Shown here: positions 41,521 to 59,482 of the stretch, in pieces | Layout of the letters: each line of letters opens with the position of its first letter | How positions within the stretch are numbered: position 1 is the stretch's first letter | Assembly: GCF_009914755.1 (NCBI RefSeq) | Contig: NC_060925.1 | Origin: the human T2T-CHM13v2.0 reference genome, Homo sapiens | Direction: 5' to 3' (one strand) | DNA: 64,000 nucleotides | Notes under the pieces: generated by a model | What the model saw: only the letters and a program-made list of their open reading frames with translations | Databases searched by the model: none | Told to the model about the DNA's origin: nothing | Position numbers and translations under genes: made by a program

Positions 41521-44500
41521 TTTTTCCCCATAAGTTATTGGGGTACAGGTGGTATTTGGTTACATGAGTAAATTCTTTAGTGGTGATTTGTGAGATTTTG
41601 ATGCACCCATCACCTGAGCAGCATACACTGCACAATATTTGTAGTCTGTTATCCCTCAGCTCTCTCCCACTCTTTCCCCCAAGTCCCCAAAGTCCATTGT
41701 ATCATTCTTATGCCTTTGCATCCTCATAGCTTAGCTCTCACATATCACAGAGAACATACCATGTTTGGTTTTCCATTCCTGAGTTACTTCACTTAGAATA
41801 ATAGTCTCCAATCTCATCCAGGTCACTGCAAATGCTGTTAATTCATTCCTTTTTCTAGCTGAGTAGTATTCCATCTATATATATATATATACACACACAC
41901 CACCGTTTCTTTATCCACTCATTGATTGATGGGCATTTGGGTTGGTTCCATGATTTTCAAATTGGGAATTGTGCTGCTATAAATATGTGTGTGAAAGTTT
42001 CTTTTTCGAATAATGTCTTATTTTCCTCTGGGTAGATATCCAGTAGTGAGATTGCTGGATCAAATAAATGGTAGTTCTACTTTTAGTTCTTTAAGGGATC
42101 TCCACACAGTTTTCCATAGTGGCTGTACTACTTCACATTCCCACCAGCAGTGTAGAAATGTTCCCTGATCACTGCATTCACAACAACATCTACTGTTTTT
42201 TGATTTTCTTGATTACTGTCATTCTTGCAGGAGTAAGGTGGTATTGCATTGTGGTTTTGATTTGCATTTTCCTGATTATTAATGATGTTGAGCATTTTTT
42301 CATATGTTTGTTGGCCATCTGTATATCTTCTTTTGGGAATTGTCTATTCATGTCCTTAGCCCACTTTTTGATGGGATTACTTGTTTTTTTCTTACTGATT
42401 TGTTTGAGTTCATTGTAGACCCTGGATATTAGTCTTTTGTCAGATGTATAGGCTGTGAAGATTTTCTCCCACTCTGTGGGTTGTCTGTTTACTCTGCTGA
42501 CTATTCCTTTTGTCATGCAAAAGATCTTTAGTTTAATTAGGTCTCAGCTATTTATTTTTGTTTTTGTTGCATTTGCTTTTGGGTTCTTGGTCATGAAATC
42601 CTTGTCTAAGCCAATGTCTAGAAGTTTTTTTTCCAATGTTATCTTTTAGAATTTTTATAGTTTCCAGTTCTCAGAGGGAATGCTTTCCACTTTTCCCTAT
42701 TCAGTATTATGTTGGCTGTGGGTTTTTCATAGATGGCTTTTATTACATTAAGCTATGTCCCTTGTATGCCGATTTTGCTGAGGGTTTTAATCATAAAGGG
42801 ATGCTGGACTTTGTCGAATGCTTTTTCTGCATCTATTGAGATGATCATGTGATTTTTGTTTTTAGCTATGTTTCTGTGGTTTATCACATTTATTGACTTG
42901 CATATATTGAACCATCCCTGCATACCTGGTATGAAACCCACTTGATCATGGTGGATTATCTTTCTGATTTGTTGTTGAATTCATTTAGCTAGTATTTTGT
43001 TAAGGATTTTAGCATCTATGCTCATCAAGGATATTGGTCTGTAGTTTTCTTTTTTGGTTGTATCTTTACCTGGTTTTGGTATTAGGGTGATGCTGACTTC
43101 ATAGAATGAATTAGGGAGGGTTCCTTCTTTCTCAATCTTGTGGAATAGTGTCAAAAGGATTGGTACCAATTCTTTTTTGAATGTCTGGTAGAATTCTGCT
43201 GTGAATCCATCTGGTCCTGGACTTTTTTTTGTTGGTAATTTTTTAATTACCGTTTCAATCTCTCTGCTTGTTATTGGTCTGTTCAGGATATCTAATTCTT
43301 CCTGATTTAAGCTAGGGGAGTTGCATTTTTCCAGGAATTCATCCATCTTTTCTACATTTTCTAGTTTATGTGCATAAAGGTGTTCATAGTAGCCTTGAAG
43401 GATCTTTTGTATCTCAATGGTGTCAGTTGTAATATCTCCTGTTTCATTTCTTAGTGAGATTATTTGGATTTTCTGTCTTCTTTTCTTTGTTAATCTTTCT
43501 AATCGTCTATCAATTTTATTCATCTTTACAAAGAACCAGTTTTTTGTTTCATTTACCTTTTGTACTTTTTTCTTTGTTTGTTTCAATTACATTCAGTTCT
43601 GCTGTGATCTTGGTTATTTTCTTTCTTCGGCTTGGTTTGAGTTTAGCTTGTTCTTGTTTCTCTAGTTCCTTGAGGTGTGACCTTAGGTTGTCGATTTGTG
43701 CTCTTTCAGACTTTTTGACATAGGCATTTAGGGCTATGAACTTTTCTCTTAGCACCGTCTTAGCTGTATCCCAGAGGTTTTGATACATTGTGTCATTATT
43801 GTAATTCAGTGCAAAAACTTTTTTAAATTTCCATCTTGATTTCGTTTTTGACCCAATGCTCATTCAGGAGCAGGATTTAATTTCAATGTATTTGTGTGGT
43901 TTTGAAGGTTTCTTTTGGAGTTATTTCCAGTTTTATTTCACTGTGGTCTGAGAGAGTGCTTGATATAATTTCAGTTTTCTTAAATTTATTGAGGCTCATT
44001 TTTTGGCCTATCATATATTCTATCTTGGAAAAAGTTCCGCTGTTGAACAGAATGTGTATTCTGTGGTTGTTGGATGAAATACTCTGTATATATCAGTTAA
44101 GTCCATTTGTTCCAATGTATAGTTTAAATCCATTGTTTCTTTGTTGACTTTCTGTCTTGATGACTTGTTTAGTGCTGCCAGTGGAGTATGAAGTCCCCCA
44201 CTATTATTGTGTTGCTGTCTATCTCATATTTTAGGTCTATTAGTAATTGTTTTATAAATTTGGGAGCTCTAGTATTAGGTGCAAATATGTTTAGGATTGT
44301 GATATTTTCCTGTTGGACAAGGCCTTTTACCATCATATAATGTCCATCTTTGTCTCTTTTAACCACTGTTGCTTTAAAGTTTATTTTGTCTGATATAAGA
44401 ATAGCTACTCCTGCTCACTTGCAGTGTTCATTTGCATGAAATCCCTTTTTCCATGCCTTTACTTTAAGTTTATGTGAGTCCTTATGTGTTAGGTCAGTCT

Positions 44501-47136
44501 CTTGAAGGCAGCAGATAGTTGGTTGGTGAGTTCTTATCCATTCTGCAGTTCTGTGTCTTTTAAGTGGAGTGTTTAGACCATTTACATTCAATGTTAGTAT
44601 TGAAATGTGAGGTACTGTTGCATTCATCATGCTCTTTTTTGCCTGTGTATTTTGTTTTTTGTTTTTGCTTTTTAACTTGTATTTTTGTTTTATAGGTCCT
44701 GTGTGATTTATGCTTTAAAGAGGTTCTGTTTTCATGTGTTTCCAGGATTTGTTTCAAGGTTTAGAGCTCCTTTTAGCAGTTCTTGTAGTGGTAGCTTGGT
44801 AATGGCAAATTCTCTCAGCATTTGTTTGTCTGAAAACAACTGTATCTTTCCTTCATATATGATGCTTAGTTTCACTGATTACAAAATTCTTGGCAGATAA
44901 TTTTATTTGAAGAGGCTGAAGATAGGGCTGCAATCCCTTCTAGATTGTAGGGTTTATGCCGAGAAGTCTTCTGTTAATCTGATATGTTTTTCTTGTTAGG
45001 ATAACTGGTGCTTCTGTCTAACAGCTCTTAAGATTCTTTCCTTCATCTTAACTTTGGGTAACCCGATGACAATGTGCTTAGGTGAAGATCTTTTTGCAAT
45101 GAATTTCCCAGCTCTTCTTTGAGCTTCTTCTATCTGCATGTCGAGATCTCTAGCAAGGCTGGGGAAGTTTTCCTCGATTATTCCCCTGAATGTATTTTCT
45201 GAGCTTTTAGAATTGTCTTCTTCCTCAGGAATACCAATTATTCTTAGGTTTAGTTGTTTAACATAATCCCAGACTTCTTGGTGGCTTTGTTCATATTTTC
45301 TTACTCTTTTTGTCTTTGTTGGATTGGGTTAATTTGAAGACCTTGTCTTTGAGCTCTGAATGTCTTTCTTCTACTTGTTCATTCTATTGCTGAGACTTTC
45401 CAGAGCATTTTGCATTTGTCTCCAAAATTTCCTGAACTTTTTATTGTTTTTTCTTTAAGCTATCTATTTCCTTGAATATTTTTCTCTTCACTTCTTGTAT
45501 CATTTTTTGGATTTCCTTGCATTGGGCTTTGCCTTTCTCTTGTCCCTCCCTGATTAGCTTAATAACTAAACTCCTGAATTCTTTTTCAGGAAAATCAGGG
45601 ATTTCTTCTTGGTTTGGAATCATTGCTGGTGAACTAGTACGATTTTTGAGGGATGTCAATGAACCTTGTTTTGTCATATTACCAGGTTTGGTTTTCTGGT
45701 TCCTTCTCATTTGGGTAGGCTCTGTCAGAGGGAAGGTCTAGGGATGAAGGCTGTTGTTCAAATTTTTTTGTCCCACAGGGTGTTCCCTTGATGTAGTACT
45801 CTTCCTCTTTTCCTGTGGATGTGGCTTCCTGTGATTCAAACTGCAGTGATTGTTGTCTCTTTTCTGGGTCTAGCCACCCTGTGAGTCTACCAGCCTCTGG
45901 GCTGGTACTGGGGGTTGTCTGCACAGAGTCCTGTGATGTGAACCATTTTTGGGTCTCTCAGAAGTGGATAACAGTGCCTATTCCAGTGGAGGTGGTGGAG
46001 GGTGCAATGGACTCTGTGAGGAGCCTTAGCTTTGGTGTTTTAATGCTCTATTTTTGTGCTGGTTGGCCTCCTGGCAGGAGATGGTGCTTTCCAGAAATCA
46101 TCAGCTGTAGTAGTGTGGAGAGGGACTGGTGGTGGGTAGGACCCTAGAACTCCCAAGATTATATGCCATTTGTCTTCTGCTATCAGGGTGGGTAGGGAAG
46201 GATCATCAGGTGGGGATGGGGCTAGGTGTGACTGAGCTCAGACTCCCCTTGGGTGGGTCTTGCCATGGCTGCTGTAGGGGATGGGGGTGAGAGTCCCAAG
46301 TCACTGGAGTTGTGTACCTAGGAGGATTATGGCTGCCTCTGCTGAGTCATGCAGGTGGTCAGGGAAGTTGGGGAAAGTGGCAGTCACGAGCTTCACCCAG
46401 CTTCCACACAAACCAAAGGGGCAGTCTCACTCCCACCATGCCCCCTGCAACAGCCCTGAGTCTGTTTCCAAGCAGAGGGCAAGGCAGGCTTGAAAACTTG
46501 CCCAAGGCTTTTCTCCTCCCAGCTGCAAAAGAAAAAGGCTTTAGTTCTTCCCCTGCCTGTGAAGTCTAAGTCTGCAAGCCACATTCATGCCCTCCCCCGA
46601 GTTCTGGCCAGGAGGCTTCTTGCCCCATTCAAATTGTTATAAAGTTCAGCTCAAGAATTCCTTCTCCCTGCATAGTTTTACTCCCTGCCCCTCTGGCCAC
46701 CCTCCTGATGGATCCCTGTGGTGCCAAGCAGGAATGGGCTGCTTGGGGACCCAGTGAACTCCCAGGGCCTTTCTGCTGCTTCCCCTACCCCTGTATTTCA
46801 CTTGGCTCAGCTCTCTGATTTGACTGAGCTCCAGGTAAAGTCATAAACTTCTCTGGCAAACAGACCTTCAGCTTCTCCAGTCAGGTTGTGTGTTTAGGAA
46901 AGGAGGGTCTCCCTTTCTCACTTCCGCGGTTGGGGCACTCACAGTATTTGGGGGTATCTTCCGGGTCCTGCAGGAGCTTCCACTTCCTTCAGAGGGTCTG
47001 TGGGTCCTCTCAGGATTGCTGGTTTGTCCTTGCAATCAATCTGGAGCTAAAATTCACAATGCAGCCTCTGCATGCTGTTCTGTCTGGAGCTGCAATCTAG
47101 TCCTGCTTCCCATCTGCCATGATCCCTCCTTGTCAC
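41521..47136 (-). mobile_element. Near full-length L1PB-type element (about 5.6 kb) with internal deletion
   Basis: 5' UTR, ORF1 and ORF2 fragments ([28 protein letters not shown]), 3' UTR; TSD caggtgggttt at 41506 and 47137. Confidence 0.93.
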
Positions 47137-50450
<3,314 letters not shown>

Positions 50451-50971
50451 GGATTTTCATAGAAATGCTTCTATTTCACTATTAAGACAGTTAACTTTTA
50501 TTGGAGATACACTGTTATTAGCCATTGTTCTATTCATAGTTGTATTTGAAATGTTGAATTTTATTGACTGTATTTTGACAGTGAACAACATAATTTTTTA
50601 TGTAACTTATTAATAATATATAATGGTCACAGATAGCCTAACATTAAAACTATCATTGTAATATTCTACAAACTAGATATGATTGGAACTTGACTTATTA
50701 GAATTTTATTAAGAATTTTTATATCTTGTTCAGAGGTGATTTTGTTCTGCAGTTATTTATTATGTGTTGCCTCTCATATTTTTGTATGAGATTTACATTC
50801 AATTGTAACAATCAATTCAGTAATTTTAAATACTTTTCTGTACAATGGAATTACTTATGATTCTTGGAAATCATCTATTTCTTAAAATTTTGGAAGAAGG
50901 CTGTAGTTAAAATCATCTGCTGTGATCCACACAGATTTTAATACTATGTTGCCATAAAAATGAATGAGAAG

Positions 50972-51126
50972 CCACACACCTGTAGTCACAGCTACTCAGG
51001 ATGCTGAGACAGAAGGATCACTTGAGGCCAGGAGTTTGAGGCTGTCGTGAGCTGTGATTGTGCTTGTGAATAATCAGTGCATTCCAGCTTGGGCAACATA
51101 GCAAGACCGTATCTCTTTTAAAAAAA
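50972..51126 (+). mobile_element. Alu monomer fragment (FAM/FRAM-like)
   Basis: cctgtagtcacagctactcagg...gcaagaccgtatctc. Confidence 0.75.
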
Positions 51127-52290
51127 GAATGAGAAAGATCTCTTTGTACTGATGCAGAGTAACTTCCAGGAGATGTTGTTAAGTGAAAATAAAACAAGCT
51201 GCAGAGCAGCACAGATGCTACCTTTTGCATAAGAGAGAAAAAGACATGTATTATGTACTATAGAAGTATATAAAATGTAGACTTATTCTTTGGGAAACAT
51301 ATACATATGCACACACTAAATACATGTTTTATGTATTATATATAATTCTATATAGTTTTATTATATATTATAAAATATAAGGATTTTAAAATATAAGGAT
51401 TTTTAAATATATACTTATCTTTTGGAGAGAAAACAAAAAGATAAACTAGATATTAAAGAAACTGGTTACTTTAAAGGACATGGGAGTAATAGGGTAGAAT
51501 GGATAGGGATGGAAATGAGACTCTCAAAGTACCCCTCTTGTGTAGTTTCGACGCATAAAGTTATTGTTGAAAGAATAAAATTAAATCAAGAAGAAGAAAA
51601 AAGCCAAATTTAAACTGATGCAAATGAATTTATTTGTATAGCAAATTAATAACCACACAGATAATATAATTACTCCATGCAGCTTATGAACATAGTGCTT
51701 TGACTTAGATATATTCTAAGAATGAAAATGTCTATAAAGAAATATTCACTTTTACTCAGAAGGTTTATTGGTATTGTATATTGATATTATCATTTTAAGA
51801 CTAAGGTATGTATTATTTATCAGAAAGCAAATAAGTAAATATATTAATCCTATTAGATGCCAGGGTTTTCCAAGTAAAAGGAAGGCAATAAAAACATGAA
51901 GCTGCAAAAAGTTAATATAAACTCTTATGTTAGCTTTGAATTAAAAATATCAACATTGTAAGTATAAACTCACGATTTAAAGAATAACTATTTCCAAGTT
52001 CTGAGTAAAAGCCAAGAAGACATGATATTCTGACAGCTAGGAGTACTTTAGCATCCATTTCTAATGGTTTCTAAGTGCTATTACTTACCAAAAGGAACCA
52101 TGTCTCCTTGATAAAATGGCTGGTTTCAGGGGCCAAGAAAAATAGATGAGTCAGGGACATCTAATTTTTCCACAACCCAAAGAAGGGCTAAAGGCCCATG
52201 GGGCCATGTCAAAAGGACACAAGAAGTAGTGGCTTCTACTAGCCAACTTTGAGTATCAAAATGAATAGTAACTAAATAATTGTAACATTA

Positions 52291-53414
52291 TTTTTTTTCC
52301 TTTTTTAATTATTATACTTTAAGCTCTGGGGTACATGTGCAGAATGTGCAGTTTTGTTACATAGGTATACACATGACATGGTGGTTTGCTACACCCATCA
52401 ACCCATCACCTACATTAGGTATTTCTCCTAATGTTATCCTTCCCCTAGCCCCCAACTCCCTGAAAGGCCCCAGTGTGTGATGTTCCCCTCCTTATGTCCA
52501 TGTGTTCTCATTGTTCAACTCCCACTTATGAGAACATGTGGTGTTTGTTTTTCTGTTCTTGTGATAGTTTGCTGAAAATGATGGTTTCCAGCTTCATCCA
52601 TGTCCCTGCAAAGGACATGAACTCATCCCTTTTTATGGTATTCCATGGTGTATATGTGCCACATTTTCTTTATCCAGTCTATTGTTGATGGACATTTGGG
52701 TTGGTTCCAAGCCTTTGCTATTGTGAATAGTGCTAGAATAAACATACATGTGCATGTGTCTTTAGAGTAGAATGACTTATAATCCTTTGGGTATATACCT
52801 AGTAATGGGATTGCTGGGTCAAATGGTAATTCTAGTTTCAGATCCTTGGGGAATCACCACAGTCTTCCACAATGGTTGAACTAATTTATACTCCCACCAA
52901 CAGTGTAAAAGGGTTCCTATTTCTCTACATCCTCTCCAGAATCTGTTGTTTCCTGACTTTTTAATGATCGCCATTCTAACTGGTGTGAGATGTTATCTCA
53001 CTGTGGTTTTGATTTGCATTTCTCTAATGACCAGTGATGATGAGCATTTTTTCATATGTCTGTTGGCTGCATAAATGTCTTCTTTTGAGAAGTTTCTGTT
53101 CATATTCTTTGCCCACTTTTTCATGGGGTTGTTTTTTTGTTTTGGTTTTTTTTGTAAATTTGTTCAAGTTCTTTGTAGATTCTGGATGTTAGCCCTTTGT
53201 CAGATGGGTAGATTGCAAAAAATTTCTCCCATTCTGTAGGTTGCCTGTTCACTCTGATGATAGTTTATTTTGCTGTGCAGAAGCTCTTTAGTTTAATTAG
53301 ATCCCATTTGTCAATTGTGGCTTTTGTTACCATTGCTTTTGGTGTTTTAGACATGAAGTTTTGCCCATGCCTACATCCTGAATGGTGTTGCCTAGGTTCT
53401 CTTCTAGGACTTTT
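52291..53414 (-). mobile_element. 5'-truncated L1PA (about 1.1 kb)
   Basis: ttatactttaagctctggggtacatgtgcag 3' end; flanking gtaacatt repeats. Confidence 0.93.
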
Positions 53415-54800
53415 AGTAACATTGAATTTTTTTTACTTCATGAGTCCTTAGTGGTTCTCAAAATGAGAGAATGAGAAGAGAGACAGAGACAGGAATAGAG
53501 ACAGACAGCGAGACAGATGCCATCCACTAAATGTAGAAAGAATGCTAGAAGTGGCAAATCACAATTTCTGCAAGCCCTAATGTGATAACTAAATCCAGAA
53601 AAATCATCAATAGATGTTAAAACAATTAAGTGAAAAGTTGTTAGAGAATGGAATATTCACATAGCACCAAATTACCACCCTACAGATTACTTACTGGAAT
53701 CCCAAAGGGAAAATATGACTTTACATTTTTATGTGTGGTTATCACTCAAAAAGAATTACCTTTGATCCTGTTTGGAAATAATGCATTATTACCAGTCTCC
53801 CATTATTTTTCATCTATTTCAATGATCTAGTTTTCCTTGACTTACATTTGGAGATTTATATTTTTCCAGAAAATAATTTATTTCACTCAGAATTTCAAAT
53901 GACTGCCATAATCACTGGGTCTCTACTAGATGGGCTATTAAAATCACCAAGAAATATTTTTTAAGTACATAAGCCAGGGTCTGCCATTGGAAAACCTACT
54001 AGGATGACGCCCAGACATGTGTAATGTATAAAAGCTGCCCGCAGAAGATCCTGCACTCATCCTTGCCTAAGAACTACTAACACAGATATTCTTTTTAAAT
54101 TTTTGATCTAATCCACACTTTTTTTCTCACTGCTCATTTTACTTGTTCTTTTTTGTATTATATCAAAAATCTGTTTATCTTAATAGGATTTTTTTCCTGT
54201 GCAAAAGGCAATAGGCTTATTAATTCTATTGTTTTTTTTGTTTCCTAATACAATGATTTCTGCCTTTATTATTTTCTTACACCAACTTTCTTTAGCACTG
54301 TTTTATATTTTGTGATATTGTTTCTCTTAATTTCAGGATATAAATAATTTATGTTAACATTTCTTTTTAAGTAAAATATTTAAAGTCAAATTATGCATTT
54401 ACTTCCAACTATAGTGTAAATATCTATGTTATATATAATTTTTATTGTTTTTTATTTTGTTGTCATCCTATTGAGTGTTTGAGTTCCTCTGTGGTTTAAG
54501 ATTTTGATCCACAAATTAGGGGAAATTTCTCTTAAATTTGCAAGTACTTTACAGACTTTCTTGTTTTTTTATTTAAACTTTCTTTTTGGTTTCTTCTTTT
54601 ATTATATCACAAATTTTTGAAGTGCTTTTTAATTGTTTTGCTTTAGAGAAGTTATTAATACCTTCTGACATGGTATCTAATTTTTGTGAAGCTTCTCTGA
54701 AAGCTTGAAAAGATGTGATCTGTCCTCCTCTCTCATTCAGTCTCTCTCACTCTCGCTCTCTTGCTCTGTCACTCCCTATCTTTCTGTGTACCTGATCTAA

Positions 54801-55150
<350 letters not shown>

Positions 55151-55559
55151 AAAACTATCATTGTGTTTTTGAGAGATTTTAATCAGCATATTTGACTGTC
55201 AGTTATTAAATGTATGAAGGCTCATGATACTCATGTCTTCACTCTGGGTATTAGCTCTTAAAAACTAAACTTCCTCAAACTGGCCTGCAGGTTCTGTCCC
55301 ACCTTCCATACTTGCCCTCAAGCCTCCCTGCTGTCCAGTCTTCTGTTCCCTCTCCCCTCCTCTCTCTCATCTTTCAGGTGCTCAAACACACCCTGCTTCA
55401 TATTCCTCAGGGCCTTTGCACATGGTTCACCATCCTTGAAGGTCTCCTCTCTAAACACTTCTTCTAGCTAATGCCAACTCACAAACCTAAATCTAAATAT
55501 CACTCTTCATTCTAAATTGAATCTACATTACACAATGTAAATTCAATAGTCCCATAGAT

Positions 55560-55893
55560 CAGGGGTCCCCAGCTCCCTGGGCCACATACTGGTACCAGTC
55601 TATAGCCTGTTTGGAACAGGGCTGCACAGCGGGAAGTGAGCAGCATGCGAGCATTACCACCTGAGCTCTGCCTCCTGTCAGATCAGTGGCGGCATTAGAT
55701 TTTCATAGTAGCACAAACCTTATTGTGAACTGTGCATGCAAGGGATCTAGGTTGTAGGCTCTTTATGAGAATCTAAACTAATGCCTGATGATCTGAGGTA
55801 GAAGAGTTTTACACCCTCCCTCCCCAGCCATTCTTGGAAAAAAAATGTCTTCCAAAAACTGGTCCCTGGTGCCAAAAAGTTTGGGGACTGCTG
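55560..55893 (+). mobile_element. MER1B (hAT-Charlie) within L2 remnant
   Basis: caggggtcccca...ttggggactgctg termini; 8-bp TSD ccatagat / ctgtagat. Confidence 0.88.
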
Positions 55894-56218
55894 CTGTAGA
55901 TGCAGATGTGTTGTGACATCTGGTAGCTTTCTTTCCTAGTACTGACTAAAATTAGAAACTCTGTCTCATTAGAATAGTACATAGTATAGTATCAGTCTCT
56001 CTAGCTTGCCTGGAAGCTCCACAGGGTTGTGGGTTGCTACCGTTTCGCTCACCATTGTATCTCTATTTACTAGTGCAGTGCCTGGCCTGTAGTGGGTATC
56101 ACCTCTTAGCATATGTAGACATACACTGTGAAGAAACTCACAACCTGACTACAATCAGTATGATGGGGAAATTTAAATTGGGTCACTCAGTTTCCAACAA
56201 TGGAGGAAAATGTAAAAT

Positions 56219-56223
<5 letters not shown>

Positions 56224-56259
<36 letters not shown>
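56224..56259 (+). repeat. (AC)n microsatellite
   Basis: Direct reading. Confidence 0.95.
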
Positions 56260-56263
<4 letters not shown>

Positions 56264-56460
56264 GACAAAAACGAAACAAAGCATCTATTTTTCTATCCTG
56301 ATTGTTGTCTCTCCCCACTGCTGTGAGCACTGAAATATATGTATTTGATGTTTTAGTGAGATTTGCATTCTAGTTTTACCTAGAATATCTTGATTTTTAT
56401 GACAGAAATCGTGCAGTGGCCTCTACTTTGCTTATAAACTTATTAACTATTTTCTTTCAG

Positions 56461-56598
56461 CTTCTGAATAACTTCTTCAAGGACCCTTTACCAGAAGAAT
56501 TTTTGGTCCTCTTCATAAACTGGATCAATGATTCCAATCCTGTAGTTAGCAGACTGATCCTTCATAGAATTGTCCACATGTCACCAATTATCAATAAG
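56461..56598 (+). CDS. MROH9: MROH9 coding exon (LLNNFFKDPLPEEFLVLFINWINDSNPVVSRLILHRIVHMSPIINK), 138 nt, phase 0-0
   Basis: tattttctttcag|CTT; donor AAG|gtatgt; HEAT-like 'W..D.NPVV.RL.L' pattern. Confidence 0.9.
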
Positions 56599-57124
56599 GT
56601 ATGTGTATGTGATTTGTGTCTGCAAGCATCATCTAAATCATAATCTGAGATTTTGATGTCACTTAACATCTTCACTGACAAAGCGGTGATATTTTTCAGT
56701 CTCTATATAACTAAAACATATCAAAGCCTGCTGTTTTATTAACAAGGAAACTGAGTTGAATAGAAAGGATGTGTTAAGTCCACTTAGTGGCTTTATCGCC
56801 TTACTTTTTTTTTTTTTTTACAGAAAATCATTCATTGCACTCAGAATGTATTTATCCTCATTGCCCTAGACTTGTCTTACAGTCTAAACCATATATACAT
56901 AATTTCCCCTCCAACATACACTCATGTGTACACACTAATTCCTATCTCAGAGCACTTGCTCAAGCTTTTTCTTCTACTCATAATGTTCCTACTTTACCTA
57001 TACATATTTACATTTTTCTCCTTTTTCAATGATCAGCCCAAGTCAAACTGCACTGAAAATTCTTATCTCTCGCAGCCTCATCCCTCTCAGAGCCATATCA
57101 GTTATGAGCACTCATATTTTATAC

Positions 57125-57300
57125 CAGTGTCAAAGCATAGTTCTTGAACCAGCAGTATCAGCATCACCTGGAGACTTGCTAGAAATGCAAATTGTGAGGC
57201 CCCACCCCCGTCCTATGGAATCAGAAATTCTGGGGTGGGCCCACCAATCTGTGTTTTAAAGGTCCTCCAGGTGACTGTTATTCAAGTTAAAGCTGAGAAC
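57125..57300. mobile_element. MER5A-like MITE
   Basis: cagcatcacctggagacttgctagaaatgcaaatt...gaatcagaaattctggggtggg. Confidence 0.8.
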
Positions 57301-58034
57301 AACAATCTTACACTGTTTCCCATTGACTCACATGAATACTTCTTACCTTCCAGGTCGACTGAATTTAAGCACGTTCCATTTTCTGTAATTCTACACTCCA
57401 AAGTATCTTGCAAAATGCTGACAGTGCAAATGTTCTATAAATCATTACTTTTATAATACATCCAATAATAAATCGTTGTTTATCTAATGAGCATAGTCTC
57501 TGAGAACTGAAGCCTATCAGTGGACACCCGTTGTGCATTTAGAATGACATAAGCCATGGTCTGTTTACTTTAAATAAATAATACAAGTTGATGGATTTAC
57601 CAGTGGTGTACATTATCTTAGTAAGCAGCAAATTATTTATTGCTTTACCCAGAGCTCTTCCCAATGTTATCAAAAACTGAAAGGAAAATTCTGTCAAGAC
57701 TTCCTAGGAGAGTGAAAGAAAAGTAGTGGAAAGTGATCTGGGTTGAGATTTCATATACTGTTGGTAAAGACACAAATGGCCTCTGGCATTGACATAGTCC
57801 TTAGCTCTATTTTTTTCTCCTTAAAGCTATTATTTTGGCAAAATAATATTCATTCATTTCCTTTAGTCTTTTTCTCCTTGCCTTTCTTTCTCTCTGGTGT
57901 CTCCTTTTCGTGTTTTTCCTTGCCTTCTATTCTGTTTGGTTCTGATCTGCATTGACTCCCATGACCTGCCTGAGTGTCTCAGTAGCTCTCATGTCCAAAT
58001 GGGTCACTATCATCTAATTTAGAGGTCATTCTGC

Positions 58035-58414
58035 TAGTAGTGTGTTAGTAAATGTTTGACAGCCAGGTGTCTGAAAATAAGGCCAATTCCCTGGTGTAAA
58101 GATCCTTATGATGGCTAATTTCAAGCTTTCAAAGGGACATCACTAACCATGGAACTGGGAAAAGATGCACAATAGCCCATCATTATTTAATATTCCCGCC
58201 AATCAGACACAATGCCCATGAATAACCTCAAGAGCATAGATAATGGTAAAATGTAGCGAAAGAATTAGGGAGTGATAATTTTTTAGTATTATCAGTTTCT
58301 ACTTAATGTTAAATTTATATAATTTAATTTTCAATAATTAATTTTCTTAGCAAAAAGTCAACATTTTTGAAAATTTGACAAGAGATTTTCGTGAGTCGGC
58401 TTCCGCACACCATG
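58035..58414. mobile_element. hAT DNA transposon remnant (MER63-like)
   Basis: tagtgtgttagtaaatgtttgacagcc and ggcttccgcacacca ends resemble MER63 termini. Confidence 0.55.
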
Positions 58415-58506
58415 ATGTGCCGCCCAGACTCAAGGTATCCATATAAATGTCAGCTCAAGTCTCCTGCTAGTTCCTAAATCCCACCATTTTTTCCTTTTAT
58501 ATGTAG

Positions 58507-58680
58507 ACAGAAAATGTCAGCAGTATATTAATAGCCATCCTGGATGCCTTCCTTTCCAAAGACGATAATGTTGTACTTCAGGCCTTGCTCACCCTTAGAA
58601 GGCTTTTAAACGAACTGGACAAAGTGACCTACTCTTTGGGTACCAGAATTGGTTCCAGCTACTGTACTCTGATGGATCAT
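58507..58680 (+). CDS. MROH9: MROH9 coding exon (TENVSSILIAILDAFLSKDDNVVLQALLTLRRLL...CTLMDH), 174 nt, phase 0-0
   Basis: ccttttatatgtag|ACA; donor CAT|gtgagt; HEAT-like amphipathic helices. Confidence 0.88.
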
Positions 58681-58904
58681 GTGAGTTACACAGTTAGATA
58701 TGTGAGATCATTAGGTTTTGTGGTTCACCTGAAACTCAAGTTGAGGCAGTGATGTTAGGTCACAGAATAAGCCAATAGGAGAAGAAGCCACCATTTCTTT
58801 TACAGAGATAAAAATATTAGGTAAGTACTGGTCTTTTTTTTTTTTAAGTACACTGTGAGAACCTGGGGAAGAAAAGAAGACTAATCAAGGAATAGCCTCT
58901 ATCC

Positions 58905-59145
58905 TTGGATGAAACTGTAGCTTTGTGGCTATATACTGATTAACCCTATATCTGGACTGCCTGGGTTCAAATCCCTCTTCCACCTCTTATTGGCTATGAA
59001 ACACTGAGTGAGTGATTTCTTCAGTCTTTTGGTGTATCACTTTTTCCCCATCTATAAAACAGCAATAGTGACATAAACAATATTAGGTTTATTATAAGAA
59101 TTAGATTTGATATTTGCCATGCCCCAAATAAATGTTTGTTATTAT
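58905..59145. mobile_element. MIR remnant
   Basis: gactgcctgggttcaaatcc...ccccatctataaaa. Confidence 0.7.
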
Positions 59146-59482
59146 CATATAAAACTTGAATTTAAAAGTATTTTATCAGAAAGTTGTTCTTTCTGAAAAT
59201 TCTCATTTTACATGGTAAATATGTTTCAGAAAAGTTTAATGAAAACTTTGGTATGCCATGGGGAATCTATGTATTTTTAAAGAACTCCACAATAAATTGT
59301 TTGTAAACCAGAGAATTATTTCACAATAAATTATCTTGCCAAAACTTCTAAGTTTTTAATCACTTACAGTTCAATGAAAAAAAGCACAGTATTATTAAAT
59401 TATGAAAAAAAGTAGTGGCAAAAATGAATTTTATAAACACATAAACACATTAGAATAGTAATAATAATAGTAGTGGCTTAAA

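Noticed and set aside
51371-51410. Short tandem repeat taaaatataaggattt x2 (also ttcctattctgtta repeats near 11697-11750)
   Set aside because: Ordinary slippage in AT-rich or old L1 sequence; not an array with spacers.
56803-56823. Strong acceptor-like poly-T plus cag
   Set aside because: No convincing matching donor, and the flanking exons already join in frame.
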